A stretch of 64,000 bases of DNA from a virus. The stretch covers positions 1 to 64,000 of the IMG/VR virus record IMGVR_UViG_3300009701_000004; one strand, 5' to 3'. Every line of letters starts with the position of its first letter. The first letter of the stretch is position 1. A program made the translations under genes and the position numbers. This document shows positions 7,546 through 17,294 of this stretch, one piece after another. Under the pieces are notes generated by a model that was given only the letters and a program-made list of their open reading frames with translations, did not search any database and was not told the origin of the DNA.

Positions 7546-10179
7546 TTAAATGATCAAGTATACGTTCAAGTAATTCAACACGGTTGGAATTTGGATACCC
7601 AAATTAACATCAACCTGATCAGTATTATTAGTATCTTGAGCCAATGAAGCAATTGTGTATCCTAGCAATGGGGGGCCAATACGAGGCAAAGATTGCGACA
7701 TCAGCAGATTGGCACCAGCATCAATAGTTTGACGAATGATATTCAAAGTCTGTGGGGTAATGTTCCACTTACCGATAAATGGAGCTAACAGCTTATTAAA
7801 GTAGTAAGAAACATAGTCCCAATTTTTCACTGCTTGCAATTCACGGTAATAGTACGTTGACATATCTGTCATCAATTCATGACGGCAGTAAGGAATTCCG
7901 CCGGGAACTTCTTGTACAAACAAGCAAGTACCGGCACCTGCCATGGTATCCAACTGAGCACGTGTGAACACAAAGTTACTATCAGACAGGCTACTAATAC
8001 CGGCAATACCAATGTTAGTGAACCCTTGTTGAGCAGGGAACCCTGCAATCAATCCTGCTACTGCACAGCCCAAGTAGTACCCGGGTAACTGTACATTTAC
8101 GTTATTGATGTTAACGAATACGATATCCGGTTGAATATGGCATAAACGATTATTACCAAAAGTAGTACTTATAGCAGCAACGTTAGCAGCACGTTGAGTA
8201 TTGCTCAGATTACGGCTAACCCAATAACTAACAGCAGTAGCAGTACCTTGAGCTTGAATTTGCACTTGTTGATTGCTGATAACGTTCAACACGGTTGCAG
8301 TTCCAATTGGGCTCGGAGTGCCAGTACCTGCAGTAATATTGATAATATCACCCGGCTCAACTCCATCACTGATGAAAGTTGCATTACTTGCAGTCAGAAC
8401 GTAATTACCAGAAACCAAAGTAATTGTGTTATTACCGCCGTTAGCATTAACCAAGCTAGAAGTATATTCACCAATTGGTGTTATGGACTGGATCAAGCTA
8501 TTGAATAAACCTACCCGCCACAATTGGTTAGGAGGTGTGCTCATTTGAGTGCAGTGTGTACTTAGAGCTTGACCAACTTCCAAATCTTGAGTCATAACCG
8601 CTAAAGCATACAATTGCTGACCTTGAGCCAAAGACAGTGCAGCAGCATATCCCGCCTCGTTATCAGAGGGCACTGCAATAGCACAAACGCTAGTAGTGGT
8701 ATTAGCCAAAGCTACTTGAACGCCCAAGCCCAGAGGGTTGAATTGGTTCAACACTCCCAGTTGACCTTCAGCATCAGTAATGTTGTTTATAGTCAATACT
8801 TGGCTAGACAAATCAGTACGCAAGGCACGATACTCAATATACACTGAACCACTGATGACCGGGCCATAGACCGAACCTGGATTAGGCTCAATGATAACAG
8901 TACCAGTAGTAGCAGTATTGGCGCTATTGTAATTCGTTGCACTATTCAATGGATTTGTTTGAGGCAACAGGTAATTGTTGTAAATCTTACGACTTTGGTA
9001 AGTTACAAGAGCCTGAGCTTGAACAATTGTTCCAGATGGAACTGCTGTGGAGATTGCAGGAGACAATCCAGAAATTACAGCACCAGTCAAAGTACCGATT
9101 GTACCGTAGTAAGTAGAACCGTTGGCACCTGCCCCAGGAATCATAATAGTGGAACCTGTAGCAAATCCGGTAGCAGAAGACAAAGTAAAGCCAGTCGCAT
9201 TAGCAGCAATATTAGCAGTGTTGGTTGTAGAAGCTGCAACGTTAGACGGTAAAATATCTGCGATAGTAACATTGGTTATGTTACCAGTTTGAGAATTTAC
9301 CGATAGAACGGTACTGTTAAAAGTATTAGCTCCACCAACTCCGTATTGAATAACTACTCCATCACCTGGTTCAATCAGGTAAGTAGAGGTATTAGGGTTA
9401 ACATTATTAACACTAATTTTAGTCATAGCAGTAGCAGTCGTAGCAGTCGAGGCAGCAGCACTCAAAGTAAAAGTAGAACCTGCGATGATTTGAATATTAG
9501 CAGTCAAAGCGGCACCACTTACGCCCGCACCTGCAATAGTTACAACGTCACCTACCACGAATTGTGTTGGATTAGTAACGTTAGTGATAACCGCAGAAGA
9601 GGCAGTAGTATTACAAGCACCTGAAGCCGCGGAGTACGATAGGATGTTGCTTCCAGCGTAACCGTTCATACCCATAGCAACTGTTTGTACGGCAGCGTTG
9701 TTAAGGTAAATGCCCAAGCTGCTAGGCACTAATTGTTGACCAGGAATTTGGCTTGGCAGTGCGAACGTGTTGGCAACAGAAGCGTTACTAATAACCCCTG
9801 GCTGGCTGACAGCAACGTTGGTAACGGTAGTAGAGGCGGCTGTATTCAGGGTCAAAGTTAAGCTGCTAGAAGCGGTAACTGTAGCAGTTAATACTGCACC
9901 ATTTACTCCGGCACCTGGAACGTAAACAGTTGCACCGATCCCAAACGGAGGAATCGAATTGAAAGTTAACGAAGTAGAATTTGCAGCTATAGAACCTAAG
10001 GCCGTTGTAGTGTTAACAGCAGCAGTTTGAATTAGAGAAGCCGTGCTGCCTGGAGTGTACCACACTACATTGTAAGCTGGTCCAATTATACATGCTGTAA
10101 GAGTCGGCGTAACATTAGCCACACCACCAGAGTTGGCAAGCTCTTGGTATACTTGTACACTTGGGACAATGTAACTCAT
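7546..10179 (-). CDS. tail sheath protein with inserted beta-domain repeats
   Basis: N-terminus MSYIVPSVQVYQE; C-terminal sheath core (PGYYLGCAVAGLIAG, RELQAVKNWDYVSY, VDVNLGIQIPTVLNYLNVYLII). Confidence 0.85.
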   Translation of the reverse strand: MSYIVPSVQVYQELANSGGVANVTPTLTACIIGPAYNVVWYTPGSTASLIQTAAVNTTTALGSIAANSTSLTFNSIPPFGIGATVYVPGAGVNGAVLTATVTASSSLTLTLNTAASTTVTNVAVSQPGVISNASVANTFALPSQIPGQQLVPSSLGIYLNNAAVQTVAMGMNGYAGSNILSYSAASGACNTTASSAVITNVTNPTQFVVGDVVTIAGAGVSGAALTANIQIIAGSTFTLSAAASTATTATAMTKISVNNVNPNTSTYLIEPGDGVVIQYGVGGANTFNSTVLSVNSQTGNITNVTIADILPSNVAASTTNTANIAANATGFTLSSATGFATGSTIMIPGAGANGSTYYGTIGTLTGAVISGLSPAISTAVPSGTIVQAQALVTYQSRKIYNNYLLPQTNPLNSATNYNSANTATTGTVIIEPNPGSVYGPVISGSVYIEYRALRTDLSSQVLTINNITDAEGQLGVLNQFNPLGLGVQVALANTTTSVCAIAVPSDNEAGYAAALSLAQGQQLYALAVMTQDLEVGQALSTHCTQMSTPPNQLWRVGLFNSLIQSITPIGEYTSSLVNANGGNNTITLVSGNYVLTASNATFISDGVEPGDIINITAGTGTPSPIGTATVLNVISNQQVQIQAQGTATAVSYWVSRNLSNTQRAANVAAISTTFGNNRLCHIQPDIVFVNINNVNVQLPGYYLGCAVAGLIAGFPAQQGFTNIGIAGISSLSDSNFVFTRAQLDTMAGAGTCLFVQEVPGGIPYCRHELMTDMSTYYYRELQAVKNWDYVSYYFNKLLAPFIGKWNITPQTLNIIRQTIDAGANLLMSQSLPRIGPPLLGYTIASLAQDTNNTDQVDVNLGIQIPTVLNYLNVYLII

Positions 10180-10274
10180 TTATAAATATCCTTTTTAATA
10201 AACATAGAGCCACTTGGCTCCACGAGAGAAATCTGTATTCTAAATGTATTTTAAACCAGAGAACTTCAAATTTG

Positions 10275-10871
10275 TCAAGTCACGTTAGCAGGGACTGGAT
10301 TAAAGTTAGTGAAAAAACCTTTAAGGGTAATAGCATCCCTTTTAGTTCTCCAGTCCTCTTCCATTCTCCAAGGAACGTTAATTGTCACTTGAAATTTCGT
10401 AGTATCTTCATCTGCTGGATGACAATCACTAACTCCTAGTGGCAATGCAAATTCAGAAAATCCTTGGCTTGAACAGATATATTGTCTTGTCCATACTAAA
10501 AAATGGGAGACCATATCTGTTAATAATTCACACGTACCTTCGTTATTAGCTTCAATAGTTATGGTAGCCGATCCCTCTATGAACACTAAGTTTCTCATTT
10601 CTTCAGCTCCAAAACTTGCTTTAACCCCGGGGCTGGAAGCCATGTTGTTAGTCAAACCGCTTTTACCAATTTGGTAGGTCCCCCTCCCCACTAATACGCG
10701 AGGTTTTTGCTGTGTTTCAATGGTGTTAAAGTTATTTATGGAATTAACGTCTATGTTGGAAACGGAATCATCAGGGCTCCAAACTATTCCTGCGGCGCTC
10801 GTATAATTAGCAAAAAAATAACGAAGAGGCTCCAGAATAGTAGCCGTGAGCATTAAGGGGCTAAATTTCAT
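10275..10871 (-). CDS. putative tail completion/terminator protein
   Basis: Position between neck and sheath genes; size. Confidence 0.45.
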   Translation of the reverse strand: MKFSPLMLTATILEPLRYFFANYTSAAGIVWSPDDSVSNIDVNSINNFNTIETQQKPRVLVGRGTYQIGKSGLTNNMASSPGVKASFGAEEMRNLVFIEGSATITIEANNEGTCELLTDMVSHFLVWTRQYICSSQGFSEFALPLGVSDCHPADEDTTKFQVTINVPWRMEEDWRTKRDAITLKGFFTNFNPVPANVT

Positions 10872-11119
10872 TGTTTACTCCTGTAATTGTTTTTAATTGT
10901 AGTAGAGGTGGAGTGGGCACGATGAGAGGGCGGGTATGGCAATCCGTTTCTACGAGCATGTAATCTTTTTAACTTTTCTCTATAATCCCTATGGGCAGTA
11001 TGTACAGCAGAAATTCTGTCTTTGGTATCTAATATAGTGCCTACGATATCATCAGCATCCATTTCCCGTTTAACCAATTTGTGAATCTTGGCTATCTTTT
11101 CTAGGTATTTATTAATCAT
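10868..11119 (-). CDS. small basic protein with N-terminal MINKYLEKIA tag (putative internal head protein)
   Basis: Motif shared with other head-cluster proteins; overlaps both neighbours by 4 nt. Confidence 0.7.
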   Translation of the reverse strand: MINKYLEKIAKIHKLVKREMDADDIVGTILDTKDRISAVHTAHRDYREKLKRLHARRNGLPYPPSHRAHSTSTTIKNNYRSKQ

Positions 11120-12021
11120 GAGTACTCGCTCGGGAAATCACTAATTCTTGTTACTAACTGATTTTCAACATCGCCCTTAGCTAATTGAGTAATTTTTAAC
11201 ATTTGGCGTACGGTACGACCTTGTAATTCAGTTGGTTGTATTTGTTCTATTTTGTAAACGTCCCAATTTCCACTACGAACTATAATGTCATCGGGATGCA
11301 GTTCGGGCATGCTTATAGTCCATGCACTTGTTTGGTTAGGTTCAAATACCCCGAAGTAAGTTTTAGAATACTCAGAAGGAGAGGCATCATACTGTAAATA
11401 GCAAGGGGCTGCTTCAAAATACCCACCGTCAAAACTCGTACCCATACATTCTACGCAATGATCCATTATAACTTTTTCAGCCTTAAAGTCCCAGCAAATG
11501 GAGCATCTAGCACCGTAGTCTTTCCTACGGAAAGCATAAGTTTTATTGCCTACAAATTTACTTAAAAGAATATGTTCTCTACGTTGAATCTCGTGGCTAC
11601 GTATTTCTACCCATTTACGTTGATGAGTTAGCCAACTTGATCTTGGAGATTTAACTGTAGCGTTACCGTGACTAAGCAGTATGGCCTCAACTATGTACCA
11701 TCCTTTATGAAATTTACGATATTCTTGAGTCTCTGTATCAAGTAGATAAGTTCCAGTAAGAGGAGCTTGATTTACTCTTTGAAAATTCTCAAAAGATTCC
11801 GTTGACGAAAAATAAACATTAAATAGGCACGATCCCCAAGTAGGAGGTACTGACCATTGAATGGCAATATGTTTAAACCAATATGGATAAACTTGAACCT
11901 TAATGTTCTCAGAAGATACAATCGTAGCTAGACTTGTAACAGGGTCATATTGACCGTTATGATTATAAGTAGCAGTCTGAAGTAAATAGCCAACATTGGG
12001 GGAGAATGAGAACGAAGCCAT
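11116..12021 (-). CDS. putative neck/head-closure protein with Cys-pair motifs
   Basis: CSIC...CVECMGT motifs; HPDDIIVR closure-like segment; late motif 5 nt before the ATG. Confidence 0.5.
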   Translation of the reverse strand: MASFSFSPNVGYLLQTATYNHNGQYDPVTSLATIVSSENIKVQVYPYWFKHIAIQWSVPPTWGSCLFNVYFSSTESFENFQRVNQAPLTGTYLLDTETQEYRKFHKGWYIVEAILLSHGNATVKSPRSSWLTHQRKWVEIRSHEIQRREHILLSKFVGNKTYAFRRKDYGARCSICWDFKAEKVIMDHCVECMGTSFDGGYFEAAPCYLQYDASPSEYSKTYFGVFEPNQTSAWTISMPELHPDDIIVRSGNWDVYKIEQIQPTELQGRTVRQMLKITQLAKGDVENQLVTRISDFPSEYS

Positions 12022-12108
12022 AACGGTATTTTAAGTCAATAGGCTTTTATATTTTTGGTATAAGTATAGTATGGTAAACATCTATTACTTACATTAAGAG
12101 GTATTATA

Positions 12109-12369
12109 ATGTCTTCATCGAATGTAGTAGGTTCCAACGCACGGGAGGATCAAATGATGTCTTTACGAGTCTGGGTAAAGGTAACCCTATTTGTAGCAGC
12201 TAGTATATTAATGATTCTGCCGTATATCGTACTGGCCTTTTGGCAACGTTGTATTAAAGGTCAACATTTTGAATCACCCGCCCCAGAACATGTCAAAGCA
12301 TTGCAAGACGAAATTGCTTCCTTGAACCCTGAACTTAAGGGCAAAGACCCGTCATCAAGAAAAATTTGA
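12109..12369 (+). CDS. small membrane protein
   Basis: One hydrophobic helix; TGGTATAAG at 12056-12064; SD GAGG; terminator at 12404-12434. Confidence 0.75.
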   Translation: MSSSNVVGSNAREDQMMSLRVWVKVTLFVAASILMILPYIVLAFWQRCIKGQHFESPAPEHVKALQDEIASLNPELKGKDPSSRKI

Positions 12370-12469
12370 AATGGGTATGTCAAAAGCTTTGCTTAGTACT
12401 AAGAGAAAACTCGGCTTATTTCGAGTTTTCTTTAGTTCAATAATCATAGATGCTTTTGGTATAAGAGAA

Positions 12470-12641
12470 ATATGAAAGACCTATGCTCGAATATACATTT
12501 TCGCACAGGTTGGCTGTAGTACAGATTTACTCCCGATAGTGCCCGCCGCAGTTTAGAAACTAGTTGAGTTCTAAACCCCAAGGTACTTACTTATGGCCAA
12601 CCTGATGCGAATTACTCCCGCTCGGTTGGCCTCTTTTTTTT
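12470..12641 (+). ncRNA. candidate structured non-coding RNA (about 170 nt)
   Basis: Own TGGTATAAG (12457-12465); long imperfect stem 12500-12522/12583-12611; inner hairpin 12551-12576; terminator 12595-12641; the only ATG ORFs seen are under 20 codons. Confidence 0.65.
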
Positions 12642-12645
12642 GCCA

Positions 12646-13080
12646 TTACCAAATTGGGAAGATTGCTTCATCGCTAGAAATTCCTCCCCAACCCGACTCC
12701 ATGTTCATTTCTATTTTTAATTCTTTTGCAGCAGGTTGAAATAAGGCCCTGAAGTTATTAGCAATATTAGTGTAAAGTTCCGATCTTTCTTCAATAGGGA
12801 CTTGTAAGCCGCCATCACTATATTGCATAGTATTACGAGCCAGCAATGCTGCTTTCAAAGCATACGCGTGGTATAACGTAGCGTACAGCAGTATTGAGCT
12901 AGAAGGCATTGTGGCTCTGGTGAAGGCCGTTCTTGGAGACATGTTGTTGAATGTGTCTAAACCGTAGTCCATGCACATTGTAAGGAAAGTATCCGTCATC
13001 TCCTCCCCGTCTATCAAATAGTTATTGATAGGATAATCGGAAAGAGATTCGCGAATCATGTCAACCGAAAGATTAGCCAT
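12646..13080 (-). CDS. putative head-tail adaptor/neck protein
   Basis: 144 aa helical protein with RNTMQYSDGGLQV segment; virion gene context. Confidence 0.5.
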   Translation of the reverse strand: MANLSVDMIRESLSDYPINNYLIDGEEMTDTFLTMCMDYGLDTFNNMSPRTAFTRATMPSSSILLYATLYHAYALKAALLARNTMQYSDGGLQVPIEERSELYTNIANNFRALFQPAAKELKIEMNMESGWGGISSDEAIFPIW

Positions 13081-13094
13081 TGTAGTTACTCAGT

Positions 13095-13538
13095 TTATGC
13101 TGCAGCGGGTGCTGCTGCTTTTGCTTTAGGCGCTGGCTTTGCTGGTTCAGCCTCAGGTTTGCCAATAGCTACACTTGTAGTACCTGGATTATGCATATTC
13201 ACTTTTTCGGCACCAGAAGCTGTTTCAACTTTTCCTGCTAATTCCTTACGGAGTTCTTCCTCCGACATTCCTGTAAATGGTTGATGCGCAGTAATCTTGA
13301 TTACTTGAGAATTAGGATTGTCCTCAGTAGGCTCTTCACTTGTGACTAACGCCCATCCGCGGCTTTCAGCATAAATGACTTCGCTGGAATCACGGTCTAA
13401 CGGGCTCAATGGCAGGTACTGTCCCGCGCCCATTTTTAGATCATGCTTAACAGTAAGATTGTGAGGTAAAAGATTTACGATGAACAGTGGCTTAGTATTT
13501 GCTACTGCTTCAAATTGGGGGTTTAATAGTTTGGTCAT
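13095..13538 (-). CDS. hypothetical virion-associated protein with Pro/Ala/Lys tail
   Basis: ORF within a late operon. Confidence 0.6.
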   Translation of the reverse strand: MTKLLNPQFEAVANTKPLFIVNLLPHNLTVKHDLKMGAGQYLPLSPLDRDSSEVIYAESRGWALVTSEEPTEDNPNSQVIKITAHQPFTGMSEEELRKELAGKVETASGAEKVNMHNPGTTSVAIGKPEAEPAKPAPKAKAAAPAAA

Positions 13539-13572
13539 TTAAATTCCATATGGTAAGTATTGCTAGCTAAGT

Positions 13573-13902
13573 TTACTTCTTATTATAGCTACTGTCAATA
13601 CGTTCCATAATTTTATTGTCTTTATGTTGATGATATTTGTGGAGACCGAGAAATCCGCTTCCAAGCCCTATAGAGGCTCCTAGGCCTGTTTTAATCCGGG
13701 TATGTAGGGAAGCCCTAGCTGCCTCCTCGGAGAGCTTTCTAGAGCCTCTAATGGCCCCTATCGAGACTCCTTTGATACCCATCCCATCAGCATCTCTCAA
13801 GACGTTTGCTGCGTTCTCGTATTTCCGGGCAGAATGGCCGATCATACGGTCACCGCAATCAAGAGCTTTTGTTAGGATTTGATTTGAATTGAATTTCGGC
13901 AT
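13573..13902 (-). CDS. small protein with a Gly-rich hydrophobic segment
   Basis: GLGASIGLGSGFLGL; late motif at 13910-13916. Confidence 0.65.
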   Translation of the reverse strand: MPKFNSNQILTKALDCGDRMIGHSARKYENAANVLRDADGMGIKGVSIGAIRGSRKLSEEAARASLHTRIKTGLGASIGLGSGFLGLHKYHQHKDNKIMERIDSSYNKK

Positions 13903-13933
13903 AATGCATTATTTTAACTTAAAAGGGGTTGCA

Positions 13934-14521
13934 ATGAATTTTCCAGAAGATTTTGAATTAATAAATAAACGTATCGTAGAAAACCATGGTACATTGTGCC
14001 GTAATGGTCAACTTTATGTTGAAGAACCTTTACTGGGATATAAGAAGGTTTTCACATATGGATCTCGACATGATGATTTAATGCATCTACACGGAGTCGA
14101 AGCGGTAAAGAGATACATGGATGCCCCTGCGGTAGCAACTATTATAATCCCCAAAGGGTCTCTGTTAAACCTGGCCCAGAATTTGCTAAATAAATTTAGA
14201 GCTAGTCAAGCAATTTGCCAATCTATTGAGCGCATACCTGGTAAAGGTACGGCTTCTATAGCTAGATCAGGTCACAATTATAATTTCTACTATCGCTCAG
14301 TAACGGATACTAGACATGTATTAATTCTACGAGAACAACCGTCTGATCAAGAAAAAATGAAAAATTTATATGCATTGGAAGCCCCCTTGAATTTGGAGAA
14401 TTTAAGAAACCAATACGTAGTTAAGCCAGAAAAGCCTTTTAATACTAACATTGATGAATGTGCTTCTGGCATTCATTTCTTCGTGAATAGATATGAAGCA
14501 GAACAATACAACGACTTTTAA
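13934..14521 (+). CDS. CxxGIHFF family protein (DUF5758-like), paralogue 1; start moved to ATG13934
   Basis: IIPKGS.LNL, KFRASQA, ECASGIHFF. Confidence 0.7.
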   Translation: MNFPEDFELINKRIVENHGTLCRNGQLYVEEPLLGYKKVFTYGSRHDDLMHLHGVEAVKRYMDAPAVATIIIPKGSLLNLAQNLLNKFRASQAICQSIERIPGKGTASIARSGHNYNFYYRSVTDTRHVLILREQPSDQEKMKNLYALEAPLNLENLRNQYVVKPEKPFNTNIDECASGIHFFVNRYEAEQYNDF

Positions 14522-14537
14522 TCCATAAGAAAACGCT

Positions 14538-15104
14538 ATGAAAACAATGACCAATCTAGAAGTAAATAAGTATGTAAAATCCCACGGATTAATGCTGCCT
14601 AATCGCCAGGTATTTATTAAAAAACCCCTGTATGCATTCAAAAACGTGGATACCTATGGACGAGAGTTAGATGCAATTGCCATATCTTCTGGTGCCGTGT
14701 TAGAAGCAAGTTTTCGAGATGGACGGGATTTAACACCTGCTATAGCCAATTTAGTGATACCTAAAGGGGCTATTGTTAACCTAACCGATTATGACATAGT
14801 CGGAAAAAGTACCCAAATATCAAGTAAAAAACTCAGAGCTTCAATGGCACTATGCTGGAATATAATACGTTTGAACGATAGAAAGGAAACGCGTTTAGCC
14901 CGCTCCCGGCATGATATAGATTTTGAATATCGGAGTTGTAAGAATCTTGTAAGTGCCCAGGAGTTTGAGTTACTGAAGGGGTACCCGAGGTGGTTTAATA
15001 AGGATTATATTCTTCGACCTGATAATTTATTTGATATGAGTACAGGAACTTGTGCTTCAGGTATCCACTTTTTCGTAGAAACAATTGACGCTATAAACTA
15101 TTGA
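14538..15104 (+). CDS. CxxGIHFF family protein, paralogue 2
   Basis: IANLVIPKGAIVNL, KKLRAS, TCASGIHFF. Confidence 0.75.
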   Translation: MKTMTNLEVNKYVKSHGLMLPNRQVFIKKPLYAFKNVDTYGRELDAIAISSGAVLEASFRDGRDLTPAIANLVIPKGAIVNLTDYDIVGKSTQISSKKLRASMALCWNIIRLNDRKETRLARSRHDIDFEYRSCKNLVSAQEFELLKGYPRWFNKDYILRPDNLFDMSTGTCASGIHFFVETIDAINY

Positions 15105-15113
15105 GGCCAAATT

Positions 15114-15716
15114 ATGAACAAAACAAATCCAATGACACCAATTGAAGTTAATAATTACGTGAGATCTCGTGGTATTTTATTACCTAACGGTCAGGTATTT
15201 ATAACTTCCCATATGCGCGTTTTTAAAAAGGTATTGGTTTGGGGACCTAGGGGTGACGTACGAGGGATCCTCCCGCCGCTTACTACAAGTGAAGAACGTT
15301 TCTATACAAAGCGTTTGGATTCTTGTATAAAACGAGGTACTTGCGAAGAAGGTATAGCTAACCTGGTAATTCCTAAAGGGGCTATTGTAAATTTGGCAGG
15401 AGAATATCCCCATAATAAAAATGCTACAAACTGCTCCGATAAAAAACTAAGGGCCTCAACTGCATTTTGCTGGAGCATAGTTAGGATTTTCGACTTTGTC
15501 GAAGTACCTATAGCAACATCTTATCATGTCAAGTCTTTCTATTACAGATCTGTAAAAAGTCTTGATGACAAAATAAAAGTAAGAAATCTGACAAGTTCGT
15601 ACGGAGAACCTAGTAATATGCTGATGGGTACCCTAAAAGGTTTTGACACTTCCAATAAAGAGTGTTCTACTGGCATACACTTTTTCTTGGAACTTCAAAG
15701 TGCCATCGATTATTAA
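15114..15716 (+). CDS. CxxGIHFF family protein, paralogue 3
   Basis: IANLVIPKGAIVNL, KKLRAS, ECSTGIHFF. Confidence 0.75.
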   Translation: MNKTNPMTPIEVNNYVRSRGILLPNGQVFITSHMRVFKKVLVWGPRGDVRGILPPLTTSEERFYTKRLDSCIKRGTCEEGIANLVIPKGAIVNLAGEYPHNKNATNCSDKKLRASTAFCWSIVRIFDFVEVPIATSYHVKSFYYRSVKSLDDKIKVRNLTSSYGEPSNMLMGTLKGFDTSNKECSTGIHFFLELQSAIDY

Positions 15717-15725
15717 GGATACAAA

Positions 15726-16292
15726 ATGAAGAAAATGACTGTAAAAGAGATTAATGACTACATCAAATCTCACGGGGTATTACTGCCCAATAAACAGGTG
15801 TTTCTTACTAAACCTTTATATGCATTCAAAAGGGTTGTTACGTCAGGTAATAGCTGGTATGACGTTGTAACTACTAAAACAGGACTATCCAAAATTTTGA
15901 ATGATGACATTGGTACGGGTAGTAGTACTAAAGCTATAGCCAATTTAATAATTCCAAAAGGGGCTATTGTTAATACTCTTGATAGCGAATGGAATTCAGA
16001 AACTGATAAAAGTTACAAGAAACTTAGGGCCTCAACAGCGTTCTGCTGGAGTATAATTCGCCTAAAGGATAATTTCAGTATGCCTGTGGCGGCTTCTGTG
16101 TGGGATTCTGACTTTCATTATCATTCCATAAGTCTTTTAGAAACTCACATACATGTAAAGGATCTTTCAATAGAGTACGGTTACTGTAATAACCTCTTAA
16201 TAGCGACCCAGAATGCATTCGATACTTCCCGAAGCGAATGCGCTAGCGGCATACATTTCTTCCTAGAATCTCAAGATGCAGTAACTTATTAA
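15726..16292 (+). CDS. CxxGIHFF family protein, paralogue 4
   Basis: IANLIIPKGAIVN, KKLRAS, ECASGIHFF. Confidence 0.75.
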   Translation: MKKMTVKEINDYIKSHGVLLPNKQVFLTKPLYAFKRVVTSGNSWYDVVTTKTGLSKILNDDIGTGSSTKAIANLIIPKGAIVNTLDSEWNSETDKSYKKLRASTAFCWSIIRLKDNFSMPVAASVWDSDFHYHSISLLETHIHVKDLSIEYGYCNNLLIATQNAFDTSRSECASGIHFFLESQDAVTY

Positions 16293-16301
16293 GGTACCCA
16301 T

Positions 16302-16931
16302 ATGAACTTACCAATGACCGTAGCCGAAGTTAATGAATATGTGAAATCCCACGGAATAGTATTGCCTACTGATCAGGTGTTTTTGACTAAGTCTTTGCAT
16401 TGTTTTAAGAAGGTTTTTACCTATAGAGGTACTCCTGGAGGTACAGAACCTGATAAGGCCCCATTTACTCCTTCTTATAGAAGGTATTGGGGGGAAATTT
16501 TAGAAGCTTACACTTCCAATAACATTAATTCTGCCCGCGGTAGGTTGCCCGCCATAGCCAATTTAATCATACCCAAAGGTTCTATAGTTAACTTGGCTAG
16601 TGCCCTATATCCTTCTCGAGGATATTCTTTGCAAAGTTATGACAAGAAGCTACGGGCCTCCTTTGCTTTATGTTATAGTATAGTTCGCATGGTAGACCAG
16701 ACAGAGGTTAAAGTAGCAGTATCCGAGCACGATCCTACTTTTAAATATTGGCCGATAAAGGGGAGGAGGCTTCCTGGGGAAATTGAAAGACTAAAAGATT
16801 ACCCTTCATCGTCTATTGGTTTTGCCAAAGTACACTACATTTACCCTAGGGCACCCTTCTCTATGGATAAAAACGGGTGTTCTTCCGGCATTCATTTCTT
16901 CGTGGAACTTCAAAATGCATTGGATTACTAA
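16302..16931 (+). CDS. CxxGIHFF family protein, paralogue 5
   Basis: IANLIIPKGSIVNL, KKLRAS, GCSSGIHFF. Confidence 0.75.
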   Translation: MNLPMTVAEVNEYVKSHGIVLPTDQVFLTKSLHCFKKVFTYRGTPGGTEPDKAPFTPSYRRYWGEILEAYTSNNINSARGRLPAIANLIIPKGSIVNLASALYPSRGYSLQSYDKKLRASFALCYSIVRMVDQTEVKVAVSEHDPTFKYWPIKGRRLPGEIERLKDYPSSSIGFAKVHYIYPRAPFSMDKNGCSSGIHFFVELQNALDY

Positions 16932-17207
16932 ATGAAAATGTTTAACTTAGCCCCAAACATCTGGGTGCCTGCATCGGCAATCCTACTCGTTAGGCATTAC
17001 GGGAATTCCGTTAAAAACTCTATGCATGACGAATGGGAAGTAGTTCTTATAAACTCCACGTCTTATAAACTATCAATGGCGGGGGAACACGAAAAGTCAT
17101 ATAGAAGAGAAGTGATCGAGGATTTAATATCATTCTTTGGCATAAAAGCAGATCAGACTTGTTGGGCGGGTAACCAACTTTATCCTAGTCCTAAATCCGG
17201 GTTTTGA
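16932..17207 (+). CDS. hypothetical protein
   Basis: ATG directly after the previous stop codon. Confidence 0.6.
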   Translation: MKMFNLAPNIWVPASAILLVRHYGNSVKNSMHDEWEVVLINSTSYKLSMAGEHEKSYRREVIEDLISFFGIKADQTCWAGNQLYPSPKSGF

Positions 17208-17294
17208 ATCTCTCAATTAACAAGCAAATGTTGGTATAATGAAATTATATAAAGGGGATTTTTACCCCATTTCTTTTTGCCTAAAGGGATATAC

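Noticed and set aside
7879-9624. Short plus-strand ORFs inside the sheath gene, and similar ones inside the fibre and polymerase genes
   Set aside because: Antisense by-products of codon bias with no expression signals.
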